The translations under genes and the position numbers were made by a program. The notes under the pieces were generated by a model that worked only from the letters and a program-made list of their open reading frames with translations, was not told the origin of the DNA and searched no databases. DNA of 63,852 nucleotides, taken from positions 17,174,149 to 17,238,000 of the forward strand of contig NC_135770.1 in NCBI RefSeq assembly GCF_052425735.1. The letters are read 5' to 3'. Each line of letters opens with the position of its first letter. The stretch's first letter is position 1. Positions 36,621-48,965 of this stretch are shown here, piece after piece. The DNA comes from Oculina patagonica (lineage: Eukaryota).

Positions 36621-37464
36621 ATAGTCGAAGCCTGATTTCTCGAGCCATCGATTTCTAGAACCTCTCAACCTTTATTTGAAATTGCTTCACCAAGGGCCTG
36701 GCCTCTTCATATGGGCCCGGTTAGCTGGACGAATTTTGTCTTCAGTACACATGGAAAATTTCATCCCATTCACCGAGATAAAAAGTTGTGGCAAGATAAT
36801 CTAGGCACAGTATTTAACGAATAAACATTTAGCCTACTGAAAAGTGTCGCTCGTTTTTCTAGTTTCTGTGCGGTCTGAAAACTCACGAACGACTGATAAT
36901 AGTCATCCTTGTCTGAAAAATCGACAAAACATGCCATTATTTAATATACAATCTTCGTTCACTGTCCAAAATCCACGCGCGCAATTGGTTAAAATAGATC
37001 ACGTGATTTTGCTTTACCTGTCGTCAGCAAACTCCGACAGTGCAGTATTGACAATAATGCACAAAAATCGTGCATTATTGAAAGTGCTTGCAGAAGTGGA
37101 AGAAAAATATATTCCTCAAATAATCAACGATCCAATACCAAACAAAATCGAAGAGGATGACAACTTGAAGCGCTTTCATGTTCAAAGGTAAACTGCAGCT
37201 CAATAAATACATTTTTGTGTGCGGTTGACTTGCTTGTTACTTGATTGTGAAAGCCATCGACTTGGTTTGAACAAGCTTCTCGCTGACTGTATTTATGAAC
37301 GACCACAGCTGATGAACGATTTTATGAACCATTGTAAGCTTTATTTTTTGTACGGATTATTTGTGATTTTTATATTATTGATCTAATCCCGTGTAATTAT
37401 GTACTACTACACTTCTTATTTTAAAACATTATTGTTTGAAGCTCGTTAAGTCGATGATCGCTTG

Positions 37465-37672
37465 CAGTGTACTCAGATTGTATATTAAAAGGGTTAGAGT
37501 CTGTCCGTTCGTGTTTTGTTGACAAATACACGCACTTGCTGGCCGCACAATGAACTCGAAATTTACGCCTCGTGCAGTAGTGGAAATTTCTCGTTCATTG
37601 TGCGGCCAGCGCGTGCGTGTATTTGTCAACAAAACACTCACAACAGTCTCTAACCCATAATAATCTAATACT
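37465..37672. mobile_element. Palindromic MITE
   Basis: gggttagagtctgt..gtgttttgttgacaaatacacgcac / gtgcgtgtatttgtcaacaaaacac..acagtctctaaccc. Confidence 0.7.
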
Positions 37673-37673
37673 G

Positions 37674-37992
37674 GCTGTCCTTTTTCATAAATGCACGTGT
37701 ATTCCGGGGTATATTTTAGGGCCACTTCACATGAGCCCGGCAAATGGGCCGTCTTGGTTACCGGGACGAATTTTTTCGTCTTTTCATATGGAAAATTTCA
37801 GCTCGGTTGACCGGGATGAAATTCAAGGGAACAAAAACAAAATGGCAACACATAAAACTGCATCGTTCGCGACTATCGTAGCTTTACGGATACCTGTAAC
37901 TTTATTAATAAAACTATAATTCGCATACTTCTTTATTGGAAATACGTACAAGGCAAAATTATGCCATTTTAACCGCCTAGCTGCAAAAGCGA
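37674..37992 (+). repeat. Repeat block duplicated at 38524-38787 plus 39490-39545 (second copy split by a TTAA element)
   Basis: Near-identical gctgtcctttttcataaatgc...cgcatacttc...ggaaatac.tacaaggcaaaattatg...gctgcaaaagcga. Confidence 0.85.
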
Positions 37993-38787
37993 TGGATGGA
38001 TTTTTCTTAAAATTAGATAGGCAACGACTGTTTACTCAGTTTGGCATAATGTAATTTTGCTAAGGCAAGCTTATTTATATTTACCAAACTTATTTTAACA
38101 CGAAAGCCGGTGGGAAAAACAAAGGGAGAATTTCACAGTCATAACTTACAGAAACTCAAAAATTTTTTCCGCGCCAGAGAAATTAGCGCAGGAAACAGTG
38201 TTCTGGATAAAATAATATTGTTCTGGGAAAGTTGTGTTAAACTTGCGTGTTATGTTAAAACCTGTGATTGCTTAATGAATTGATATTTACTTTTAAAGCC
38301 ACTTAGGCAAAAATAAAAAGCAAATACCAGTCGAAAAACATTTTTAAAACGACTTGCCAGCGTGTATTTGTATAAACAGATGGAATCGGAATAATTTGGC
38401 TCTATTGTCAGATATATAATTGATCACACAACTGAAATTTTAAAATTATCTTCTTATTAAAACCTGACCCTTTTCGGAAAATGTTTGCACAAATCGTGAG
38501 TTTGTCCACACGTTTTGATACTAGCTGTCCTTTTTCATAAATGCTACTATTCCGGGGTATTTTCGAGGGCCTCTTCACATGCATGAGCCCGGTAAATGGG
38601 CTGTCTCGGTTACAGGGACGATTTTTTTCGTCTTTTCATATGGAAAATTTCAGCCCGGTTGACCGGGATGAAATTCAAGGGAACAAAAACAAAATGGCAA
38701 CACATAAAACTGCATCGTTCGCGACTATCGTAGCTTTATGGATACTTGTAACTTTATTAATAAAACTGTAATTCGCATACTTCTTAA

Positions 38788-39485
38788 AGGAGAAGTTCAC
38801 TCCAGAATGGCCATTTATTTTCTTTACGCCAATAAAAAGTTTATACAAAGATATGTTATTTACCAAAATTTCATCCTCCAACGTGCGCTAGAACCCTAGG
38901 AAATCTTGTCCAAAACTCGACAACTGAACGCCGCCATCTTGGAGCTGGTAATGTATGCGTGACATCAAAGAGCTCAGCCTGAAGTTTGGTGGGAAAATTT
39001 AAATACTCGAAACTCCTTGTTTTTTGTATTTCATGAAGCTCTGTTTGAGCAAATTGGAGACGCACAAACAGGCATTTTGACAAACAAAAGCCACTACGAA
39101 GAAACAAGGAGTTTCGAGTATTTAAATTTTCCCTCCAAACTTCAGGCTGAGCTCTTTGACGTCACGCATACATTAATAGCTCCAAGATGGCGGCGTTCAG
39201 TTGTCGAGTTTTGGGCAAGATTTCGTAGTGTTATAGCGCACGTTGGAGGCTGAAATTTTGGCAAATAACATATCTTTATATAAACTTTTTGTTGCATCAT
39301 CTTGATTTGGAAAAATCTAATTTACATTTACTTTCTACATGTGTGTAGAAAGTAAATGTAAATTAGATTTTTCCAAATCAAGATGATGTTTAGTAATACT
39401 TTCTTGGCTTCGACAAGCAAAATCGCTCAGAAACTTTTTGTTGGCGTAAAGAAAATAAATGGCCATTCTGGAGTGAACTTCTCCT
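38788..39485. mobile_element. Kolobok-like foldback MITE, TTAA target duplication
   Basis: TTAA-AGGAGAAGTTCACTCCAGAATGGCC...GGCCATTCTGGAGTGAACTTCTCCT-TTAA. An empty-site paralog lies at ~37925-37940. TTAA with RR termini fits Kolobok. Confidence 0.85.
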
Positions 39486-40474
39486 TTAAGTGGAAATACA
39501 TACAAGGCAAAATTATGCATTTTAACCGCCTAGCTGCAAAAGCGAAGATGTTTTCTCAAAAAAAAATCCATCGCGATAACCTGGCTTTGAGCGTTCATAT
39601 GGGAAAATTTCATCGCGGTTGCTGAGGTCTTGGGGCCTCTCCAAATGAGTCCGGTAACCGGGCTGGTCTGAGATAGCGAGACGAATTTATTTTTCTGTTT
39701 ATATGGAAATTTCAGCTCGGTTACCGAAATTAGAAGCTCTCACAAGAACATCCAGGCGTAAACTGATTTAACGAACAACCATAGAAATTATCCTGCCCTA
39801 GAAAATCTTTTAAACATGCCAAAATAGTCAAATAGTTACCGCCCTTTTGTGGAAAAGCTTGTGTATTTGAAAAGAAGTGTCATCCCGGTAACCGGGATAA
39901 AGTGTTCATATGGGAAAGTTTCCAGCCCGGTTGCCGTCTTGCCGAGATCTAGGCCGTAAAAATCGAGATCTCTGAATGAAGTACATGGCTCTTTAGGCAG
40001 AAATCGAAGGCAAGAAGCTCATAAAAAATCCCTCCAAAACTTGCCAAGGCGGACTAAGAAAGGAATTACAATGGCCGATCTCAACATCACGATGAACCAC
40101 TAAGAACTCGAAGTAGATACACGTGTCCGGCAACAAGCGCGGGAAAACACGTGTGACCAACATGCGACTGGTTTTGGTTTTGCATCTGTTTGTTTGAGTT
40201 AGTGGCGCGAGTTTCGTTTTTAACCAATCACAGAACATCGCAATGCAAAAAGAATGCATTTTCGACTGCCCTCTATATTCTTCTATGAAAAAAGAAACTG
40301 ACATTGAGAGACATTTTTAATTGCGAATTTTTGTTTAATGACAAATAGTGTTTTCCCTCTTGTCTGGCTCATCGCCTTGAAAATGACCGGGAAGGAAGGA
40401 GGGCTTATTAACAAATAATAAAAATTTCGAGGGGAGGCGTTTGGGTTTCGTTGGTAAGGATACCTGAAGATCCT

Positions 40475-41470
40475 CCACCTGGTTGGCTCAGTTAGTAGGG
40501 TGCCAGACCCAGAGAGCGGGAGGTCATGGGTTCCAATCCCACCAGAGTCTTAAAATGACTGATAAGATCATGCTGACAGCGCGTTTAGGGCTTTCCACAA
40601 GTTACTCGGCAACTTTTTGGCAACTTTTCATATTTTGAGAACCTTTTTCCCCTTTGAGCATCTTTTTTCCTTTTGAGCAACTTGTTGCATTTTGAGCAAT
40701 TTCTTGACTGAAGATCACCGAAGATTGTCCGAGTGTTGTCCAAAGGCCGTACGAACGTTTTCGAAGATCAACGAAGTTTGCCGAAGATTTTCGTGGAACA
40801 TCAGAAGACATTTCGACTTGCGACTAATTTCTCATTAAAACCTTACAAAATTAGTCAGCAAACATGACGTCATCGATATCTTCACGATTTTTTTCAGTGA
40901 AAAAATCCTTGTAATTCAAAAAAAATTTGCCTGAAAATGTTATTTAGATACTTCTAGATCTGTTGCAGTGAAATTGCTTAGAAACGCTGCCTTCAAAGGG
41001 AAATAAGCATATATATGGATAAATTTTCTTGATAAAAAGCAGCATTTTGGATTTTTGGAGGCAACTTTCGAGCAACCTTTTTATTTAAAAGCAACTGTTT
41101 TGGATTTTTGGAGGAACTTTCCAGCACTTTTTTCAGAAATTTCGAGCAACTTTTTAATAGTTTCGAGCAACTTGTGGAAAGTCCTATGTGCGTTAAGAAA
41201 ATGTCTCAAACCCTTTTACTTAAGACTCGATTAAGCTCAGATGATCAGGTGAATGGGTAGTGGTTTTAAGCTTTTGGCCTTATGCCCTGCATCTCTCTAG
41301 AGTTCACAGCTAATTCAGTAGGGAACTTTAAAGAATTTGGCGCATCATTGCTAAAAAAGAGTAGGGGAAGTAGTCCTTGGTGTTGTGCTCTGCCCTGTTT
41401 ATATCTATTCATGGGTTGGGTGGGTGGTGCAAGGTAACAGCTTTCAAAGGCACCTTTACACGCTAACGTC
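40475..41470 (+). mobile_element. tRNA-derived SINE (Nin-domain-like), split by a hAT MITE
   Basis: A-box TGGCTCAGTTAG, B-box GGTTCCAATCC, then gtcttaaaatgactga. The 3' part gtagggaactttaaagaa...aagagtaggggaagtagtcc..ggtgttgtg resumes after the insertion. Confidence 0.65.
40586..41186. mobile_element. hAT-type MITE
   Basis: TIRs TAGGGCTTTCCACAAGTT / AACTTGTGGAAAGTCCTA, an imperfect 8-bp TSD agcgcgtt / tgtgcgtt, and subterminal gagcaactt repeats. Confidence 0.75.
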
Positions 41471-43597
41471 TTATTGCTCCCCAGATATGAATTGTAAAGC
41501 TTATCTGAACATATCAGGCATGATATTTGGTCATGTTATTTGTTATTTTTGAGGTAAACATCGTCGTTCGTTAGCATGAACCATTCTAGTTCATCGATGT
41601 AGTGATAGGACATATATTTCATCGCCAAAAGTAAAAGGTTCTGTCGACATTTAATTAAGCGAGCTATTACACATCTGAAAAAAGTACTGTATTTATTATT
41701 AATATACAAAAAACAAACTAAATGAAGTAGAAAGAGATAACTTCCAATGATTCTTGAATAACTTACAAACTCCTATCAGTAATCTCTGAGGATATCTCAC
41801 GCATTGCCGTGACATACATACACGCCTTAAATACTTGTTTACATATTACTGGACAATGTTGCACATACTGCTTTTGTAATAAGCAAACCATTAAAAAATA
41901 TTTGCTGCTTTCTTATTTTTCTTAACAAGATTATTTTCTCTTTGTTATTTTTAAAAAATTTCTCACTTATTTTCATTTTCTATTTTCCTGAATTGGCAAA
42001 TTTGAAGAATTCCTGGTTCTTGTTTAATGTGCGATAACAAATCAGATTTAAACTCTGTAAATCTCTTCCGTTTACTTGTAGTAGATCAAAGGGCGTATCA
42101 CTTATGGCTATTCTTCTACGTTAGAATGATTAAGCAACTTATATTTCAGGGAAGACCCAGAACTCCTCTTTTGCGTCTGACTGACTCGTGTCTTGCTCAG
42201 TCTAGAAAGAGAAAGTATGGGATCGAGAATGGTCGCTTTCTCTTCCTCAGAAGTGCAAGGCGCGTTATGCGCATGCGTACCAGTCTGCCGTTAAAAAATG
42301 TTGTCTGCTGTTGTGTCAATGAATGTAATCCTATACCTAACAAATTAAACCATGAAGAGTTTGTAGAACATTAACTGAAAACGCCATTTCTCTGCATGGG
42401 GCATGCTCCCCCGGAAATTGATATATCTTAGGGGCTCGGAAACGCCATTTCCTAGTTTTCTAGGGAATAGTTAAACATGACAAAACGCCGAATATTTAGT
42501 CACTTACATCGTTTATATGTAAACCTTTTATTGACAGGAAGTTTAACTGGATACTTATTTAAACGCAGTTCAATTTACTGGCGAAGGGCGAGACGTCTTT
42601 TCTTTAGACGGGAAAATTCGGACACTACTTCGTCATTGTCTACGTTCTTATGTTTGTGAATACGTAGAATTGCCAAGGAGGATAGTCTCTCTCCCGTCAT
42701 GGTACTTCGAAGAGGGGTTTTCAAACTCAAAAATCCTTACTGCGCCTTTCAAAATCCGTGAACTCTGAGGTTCAAAATGTGACAGTCGACGATTGCGTTG
42801 TACGCCGCCGTCAAACACTCCTGCGACCTCTCAGATAAAAGAAATTCAAAAAATTATTTCAAGATGTGCATTTCGATCCATTTCGTTTTTGCTTTTTATT
42901 TTCATTAATGTTTGTTATCGTAGTTGTGGCAGCATCAAAGGTTGGTTTGGGACTGAATAGCGTTACATTACTAAAAACTGCAATGCATTGACTCAGTATT
43001 TCTATCGTAAAATCGCAGCAACGTAATGAGAAGAAGTCTGCTAAAACCACCGATTAAATTATTAAAGACGCTTTTCGCCATTGTAGATAAAAAATATGAT
43101 ATCGGGAGGTACGCACGCGCGTACGTGCGTATACAGCTTATTCGAGAAAGGTTGTCGAAAAAAAGCACAAAAGTGCACGCGATCAGACCAAAGGTGGCCT
43201 GGGTTTTATTTGAATTTTGAATATTGGCCAAGAGGAAATGTACAAGTTTGCATTTTTGCACGTGAAGACTTTATTTTTCCTATCAGGAGGACTTTTTCTG
43301 TAGCTTTACTTTTACTATCACATGTCTTTGAGTTTTGAAATTCTTCTTTAGTTCTGCGTGGCTAAGAGTACCTGGTTTCCACTTGTCTGAAGGGAGAGAA
43401 AACGTGTAAATTCCCGTTTCATATCACCATCAGCACCATCAGTATTCAGCACGAGCAGTGGCTAATCTACAACTACCCGTACTACCTTTTGGCCTTGTCG
43501 CGTGCACATTTGTGCTTTTTTCCGATAACCTTTCTCGAATTTGCTGTATGGTCATTACGTACCAAAGCGGCTTAAAAGAAATTACAGATTCTCTTTT

Positions 43598-46500
43598 TCA
43601 GTTGTTTGTTACATTTTTAAAGAAGAGCATAGTTTTGATTAATGACTTCTGAGAGGCTCGTCCAGAGGCTTTTGAACCTCGGCAGAGAACCTGTTGTCGA
43701 GCAGGAAGGTTTGGATCACAGTTTACGCGATGATAAACATGTATTAGATCAGGATCCGCTGCGCGAAACACCTCAATCTCTTTGTGGTTTACAAATCTCT
43801 CATATAGTTCCACATCTTCCCACCCCCAGCCTTTAATACTTGTGTCAAATCCCCCAACAGCATCCAAATCATGATGATAAATGCATGCAGGTCCGTACGA
43901 GTATGTTCTCCAAATTCCTGCATCTTTGTTAATGGTAAAGTGCGTGCCTGGCTTGGTTTTGCTGTTGTATGTTAATTCAGGATCAAACTGACTAAACATT
44001 ATTGGAAAGTATACTCGTTTACCGAGCGCCGTGTTCATCCGGCAGCGATCAATAAACTCTGAGTTAAAGATCAAGTCAACATCACACAAGAACAACAGAG
44101 CTGTTTGATTAAATTTATCGGCTGCGAGAGACAGGGCAATCCCGCGGGAAAAGTCACCCGCAACATCAAGCCAAATAAGCACTGCTTCGGGGTATTTATC
44201 CTGGTATTCCTTCATTATAACTTTGTGTTCATGAGGAGACGACACAAAGGAGGAATATGCGACTACAAGCTTAACTCTCTGAAGTGCTTTGAGGCAGACC
44301 ACTTCGAAATTCTTCATGAAACGGCGAAACGTTTCCAGACGCTCTGCCAAGGGGACAATAAAGTGTACATAAGGAGGCATGACATCAAGGGCCGGCTCAG
44401 TTTTGTATAGCAAGTTCCCAAACGGCTGTTGGATATAAAAGCGTCTCTTTTGTGAAGTGTAAGTAATCTTCGTGCCACCTCTTAGGTTCTTTCTTTGTAT
44501 CTTTCTGTTGACTGTTACTTGTACGATGTGTTGTAAGCCATATAGAGGGTGAATACGCCTGTAGCCATGATTTAATTTCTGGACCTTCAGCTTTTTAATA
44601 TTTTGATCTTTCCTAGCTTCCTTATCGACAAGTCCTTTTATTTTCTCCAGTGAATTGATAACTTCAATTTGCAATGTTCTACGGGGTACATTTAGGCTAT
44701 TGTCACCGTAAAGCGATTGTGAATGAGTAAACATGTCCCATTTTTCAGTGTTATTTATGGCCAACTGATGATGGAAATCTCTTTCATCCTGAAGGCTTCG
44801 TTTCTGTTGAAGAGACAGATCGTTACCATTTGCTTGAAGTAGTCGATCCATGTTCCTTAAAACCCGTTGGAGCTTTATTGCTTCATATTGAAGATCTTGA
44901 ATGCGTTCGTTCATAAAGTGCGAATGAAGGCGGTACATGTAGGCAGGTTGTTTAATAGGGTGAAGAGTAATAGCGTCATTAATTGGTTTTGTGTTCAGAT
45001 CACCGTAAAACATCGATCCATTACCAGTGTATTGGTGTAAGAAAAGAAACTTCATCTGAAAGAAATAATAAGCCAAATAATTCAAGTGAACTGACAAAGG
45101 ATTTTCGTTCAAATTTTGTCTATTGGTCGTTTGTCCTGAAATGAAATGAATTGAAACAACAGCCGGTTCCCCCCCCCCCCCTGCAACCCTAACGGATACC
45201 TCGGTAGCTAAAATACTAGTGTAGACCAAAATCCGTAAAATTCACCTCTTAGCTAGACGTCGAGCATTCTCGTTCCTTTTACGTGGAAGACCCCTCGTAC
45301 CACATGCACACATTTGCCGGACAACAAAGGAATATTTTTGTAACTTTACACCTTTCGTCCACAGTTTAATGAACTAAACGTATTTTACGTATTTTTTGAT
45401 AACACTATCCAAAGTCAAGACACTCGTTCAGGGCGGCGGAAAACTATCCAGCGCGTATTCTTGGGTTGGTTAACACTGACGTCATATTAAGTAATTTACG
45501 CATGCTCAATGTCAGACTCGTACCAACCCGTCCTCGTTTGAAAGACATTTGAGCGTTTTTATATAGGTTTATCGTTTAGACAGGCCTAGACGATATGTCA
45601 ACAATCGTATAACTCGTGTGGACGGAAACAGATTTGAACTTTTACAATCAATCAATCAATCAATCAATCAACTTTATAAAAGAGGGTGACGGCAAACAGT
45701 AAAAACTGATAAACTAGCGGCCCTCGAATTAAATAAAAATTTTCCATCGTTTCCGGGCGTAAACGTGTACGTTAACCTAAAAGCGTGTGAAGAAGTTGAA
45801 CGAGCTTTTCACCGTTCGGACAGGGTTTACAAATTTTTAAATTTTACCGACTCTTAATTAGCAAAGCTCAGGCAAGCGAACCTTTAACTTGTAATAATTT
45901 ATTAGTAGCTTACCTCATAAGACCGAGTGCAAGAAACTCCAGCATAGTGTTGTATACACAGGCCAAGCGATATGTCTTCATGCATGTGTGACTTTGGTGC
46001 TGTTTGAAGACAATGTTCAAGATGTGGACCAACCTTTCTCAAAACACTTCGGCTCAGTATCATACCCGGTCCCCCGATGCAATAGTTCTCACCGGGCGAC
46101 AGAGTAAGCTTTTCTCTTTCTTCCTTCGCGCCTATTCCTGCTTGACCCAGATAGATATCATCGGAACTGTTCAACGAACGTAAGAAGCGTACTAACTTGT
46201 CATTTCGGACGTAAACATCGTCGTCCGCTCGCATGAACCATTCGTATTTGTCGATGTGATGATCGTACATGTATTTAACCATCATTAGCGACTTTTTAAG
46301 TGGTGGATATGAGTCATCTACGCCGGGTAAACTGATCACTGGCGCTTTTAACGTTTTAGGAGTCTCGCGGGAGCTTGAAAAAAACGTCAGTTTTCCGGCA
46401 ACGTTCCTGCCCCATGTATCAAACACTGCTTTTGCTCGAGTCTCCAGAAATCGCTCAGCCGTCATTACACCAACAAAGATAAATTGATGGTTGCCAAAGT

Positions 46501-46648
46501 TAACCTCCTGTTGCTTTGTCAGTATCCTCGATCCAAACGTTCTTGTATAAATCAAATGACATTTATTTTGCTGCAAAAACAACGTAATCTGGAAACCAAT
46601 AATCAATCCGGAGAAAAATAATAAACAGTTTCGAAGCACTTGCGCCAT
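43598..46648 (-). CDS. CHSY1: Chondroitin sulfate synthase 1/3-like glycosyltransferase (2 coding exons, ~730 aa)
   Basis: Exon 46648-45914: N-terminal TM anchor, FVGVMTA, DDSYPP.KKS, EWFMRADDDVY, C.GGPG, HED..LG.C, ending SYE at a GTAAGC donor. Exon 45055-43598 follows tttcAG: AITLHPIK, FIVPLAERL..F.RFM, FSRG.AL, LLFLCDVD, RVYFPI.FSQ, GWGWEDV. The join is phase 0 and open throughout. Confidence 0.92.
45645..45735 (-). mobile_element. Short LINE 3' end with (TTGA)n tail in the CHSY intron
   Basis: The minus strand reads ATAAAG(TTGA)n, a typical L2/CR1 tail. Confidence 0.55.
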
Positions 46649-47794
46649 CTGAAGAAAAGGCTGCCTTTGCTCTAAAAGGGCGGAAAATAAATGGTGTAAA
46701 ATAATTAATAGAGCAGTCAAACGACAAACGATATGTGTTTTAGACATTTAACCCATATTAAAAAGTGTACAAACATCTTTACCATCGTTTTTCTGACTCA
46801 TTCAGATGCATGTTACCCAAGAGGGTGCCCTGGCATCCAAGATTGTAAGGATTTGTATGGAAATTTAAAGATGAAATTAATTTTTGAAGAAAATATAATA
46901 AAAATCCAGTTAAGATCATATTTCACATGATAGGTTGTCGATGTGATGTTCCTTGACTCTTGACTTAAAAAGCATTTAAACCGGATTCAAGAGATTTTTT
47001 CTGCTCGACATTTTAATCAATACAATCCAAGTCACAATTCCTCCGGGACACTTATTTTAACAACGTCGCATTTCGTTACGAATTATCAGAAGTAGAGAGC
47101 CTCCTTCCCTCAAAAGCAATTTTGCAAAATAGACGGCAACGGGAGACTCCATTTTTTCAAGGTACACAACATCGTAACGTGGCATGGGGAATTGCTAATT
47201 TTTTCCCTGTTTCGAGTGTAAAAAAGGCAAGTGTCACAAGAATTGTGTCTTGGATTTTCTTGTAGTATTTTTTGATACTTTGTTATGGATCATCTATTCT
47301 CGTACATAACTTAAGAACAAATACTTTTTGATGCGCACTCGCGTAAGTGAGCGAAACCCTCTTCAGTAGAGCGACGTCGATTTCAATTTGAGAACCAATC
47401 ACAGGCCTGAAAACTAAGATGGCAATAGCACGAAATTCTGACATCTCTCTGAGCAAAACTATAAGAGGATCACGATATTCTTCAAAATTACCGTGAGTTT
47501 ATTTTGTGCTGCCTTTTAAGATAACCTGCTGTGCCGTTAGCATATTTTGTTATGCCGTTAGATATTCAGCTTTAATAACCACGACTATATCTATGGGCCA
47601 CGGTACATTTGATAGTTTTTGCCGCTTGTTTACGTAAAAATTAAACAAATGGGAAGCTGCGCTTTTAGGCTTGATTAAATCTATATACTTCTTTGCCGAC
47701 CAATGATAGAAAAATTTAAGTATATCTTTAATGACAATTTTACTTAAATTCGGTCAAAATATGTTTAATTTTGTACTGTATACCGTTAGTGAAA

Positions 47795-48965
47795 GAACAC
47801 AGTTAAATTTAAGCACGGTGAAAGTTCATTGCTTTTACCACTCTACGGCAGTTAGTTTCCAAACATTTTGTTTAAGTTCAGATGGACTATGATCGTTAAG
47901 AAAAAAACTGAATAAAACGCAATTGTGTATTAAAATAAGACTTATTTTACACTTACCTGAGTTTCAAAGTGAAATACGATCGTTGGACGCCGTCTTGTGC
48001 CGATAGCTGAAAAACATTGATCCAGGGGTGTCTTTTTTTAGATCCCAGATTTTAATGTGTTGATCTTTTAGTTTGGCAGTTTAATGCAGCTGAAACATGT
48101 TTGCGAAGCCGTGAAATAATATCATTAGGCTATTCATTGACGGCCGTTATACGGGCCTCGGTTTTACGGTTGGAATTAAACAAAGATTTATGATCAATTA
48201 TTAATCTTTTGGATTAAGATGCTCCAAAAACAGACCAATTTCATAGTTGCAAAATCTAGTTTGGAAATTTCCTGTTTTATTTTTTTGTCTTCAAAATGAA
48301 GAGGCTACGGCTATTTACCCAGTTTGGCATAATGTCATTTTGCTAAAGCAAGCTTTTTAGAACTTTTTAAATATCCTGTAAACAATGTATAAGTGTTAGT
48401 ATATTGGTAGTTACCGAACTTGTTTTAACACGAAAGCCGATGGGAAGAAAGTATTCCATGGTCATTATAACTTACAAAAACTCAAACTTTTACCGCCCGA
48501 GAAATAAGCGCAAGTTTTATTTCTTCTTAGGGTTTTATATACCAATATTATTGTGAAAAAGTTTTGTTAGTTTGCATATTATGTTATGCTAAAAGCTGTG
48601 ATTGCCTTAATTGATGTTTACCTTTAAAGCCACTTAGGCAAAAATATAAAGCAAGTACCAGTCAAAAAAGGACTTGTCAACATAGTTTTCTATAAACAGA
48701 TGGAATCAAAATAATTTGATTTCTGTTTCAGATTATTGGTCACACAACTGAAATTTTAAAATTGTCTTTTCGTTATAACTTGTCAATTTTTTGAGCATAT
48801 TTGCAGAAATTCGTGAGTGTTCGATGTATGCACGTTTTGATAAACTGAGCACCCAGCAGGTTGGTCTAAAGCCGTGAATGTCACAAAACCAACATCGAAT
48901 TATGCTAAAAGCTGTGATTACCTTAATCAATTAATATTTACTTTAAAAGCCACTAAGGCAAATTT
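47795..48965 (-). promoter_or_regulatory. Paralog of the 33480-35220 exon-1/promoter block; predicted non-coding first exon and promoter of CHSY
   Basis: Colinear with 33480-35220, including the CAG|GTAAGT donor (~47957), gtgttgatct, cagctg, tatcattagg, cattgacggccgttatac and GGAAATTTCC (48263-48272). Confidence 0.7.

Noticed and set aside
40475-40545. Functional tRNA gene
   Set aside because: The cloverleaf is not intact and it continues into a SINE body.
45056-45229. N-terminal extension of the 543-aa ORF, and 46649-46747 of the 281-aa ORF
   Set aside because: Intronic read-through upstream of clear splice acceptors.
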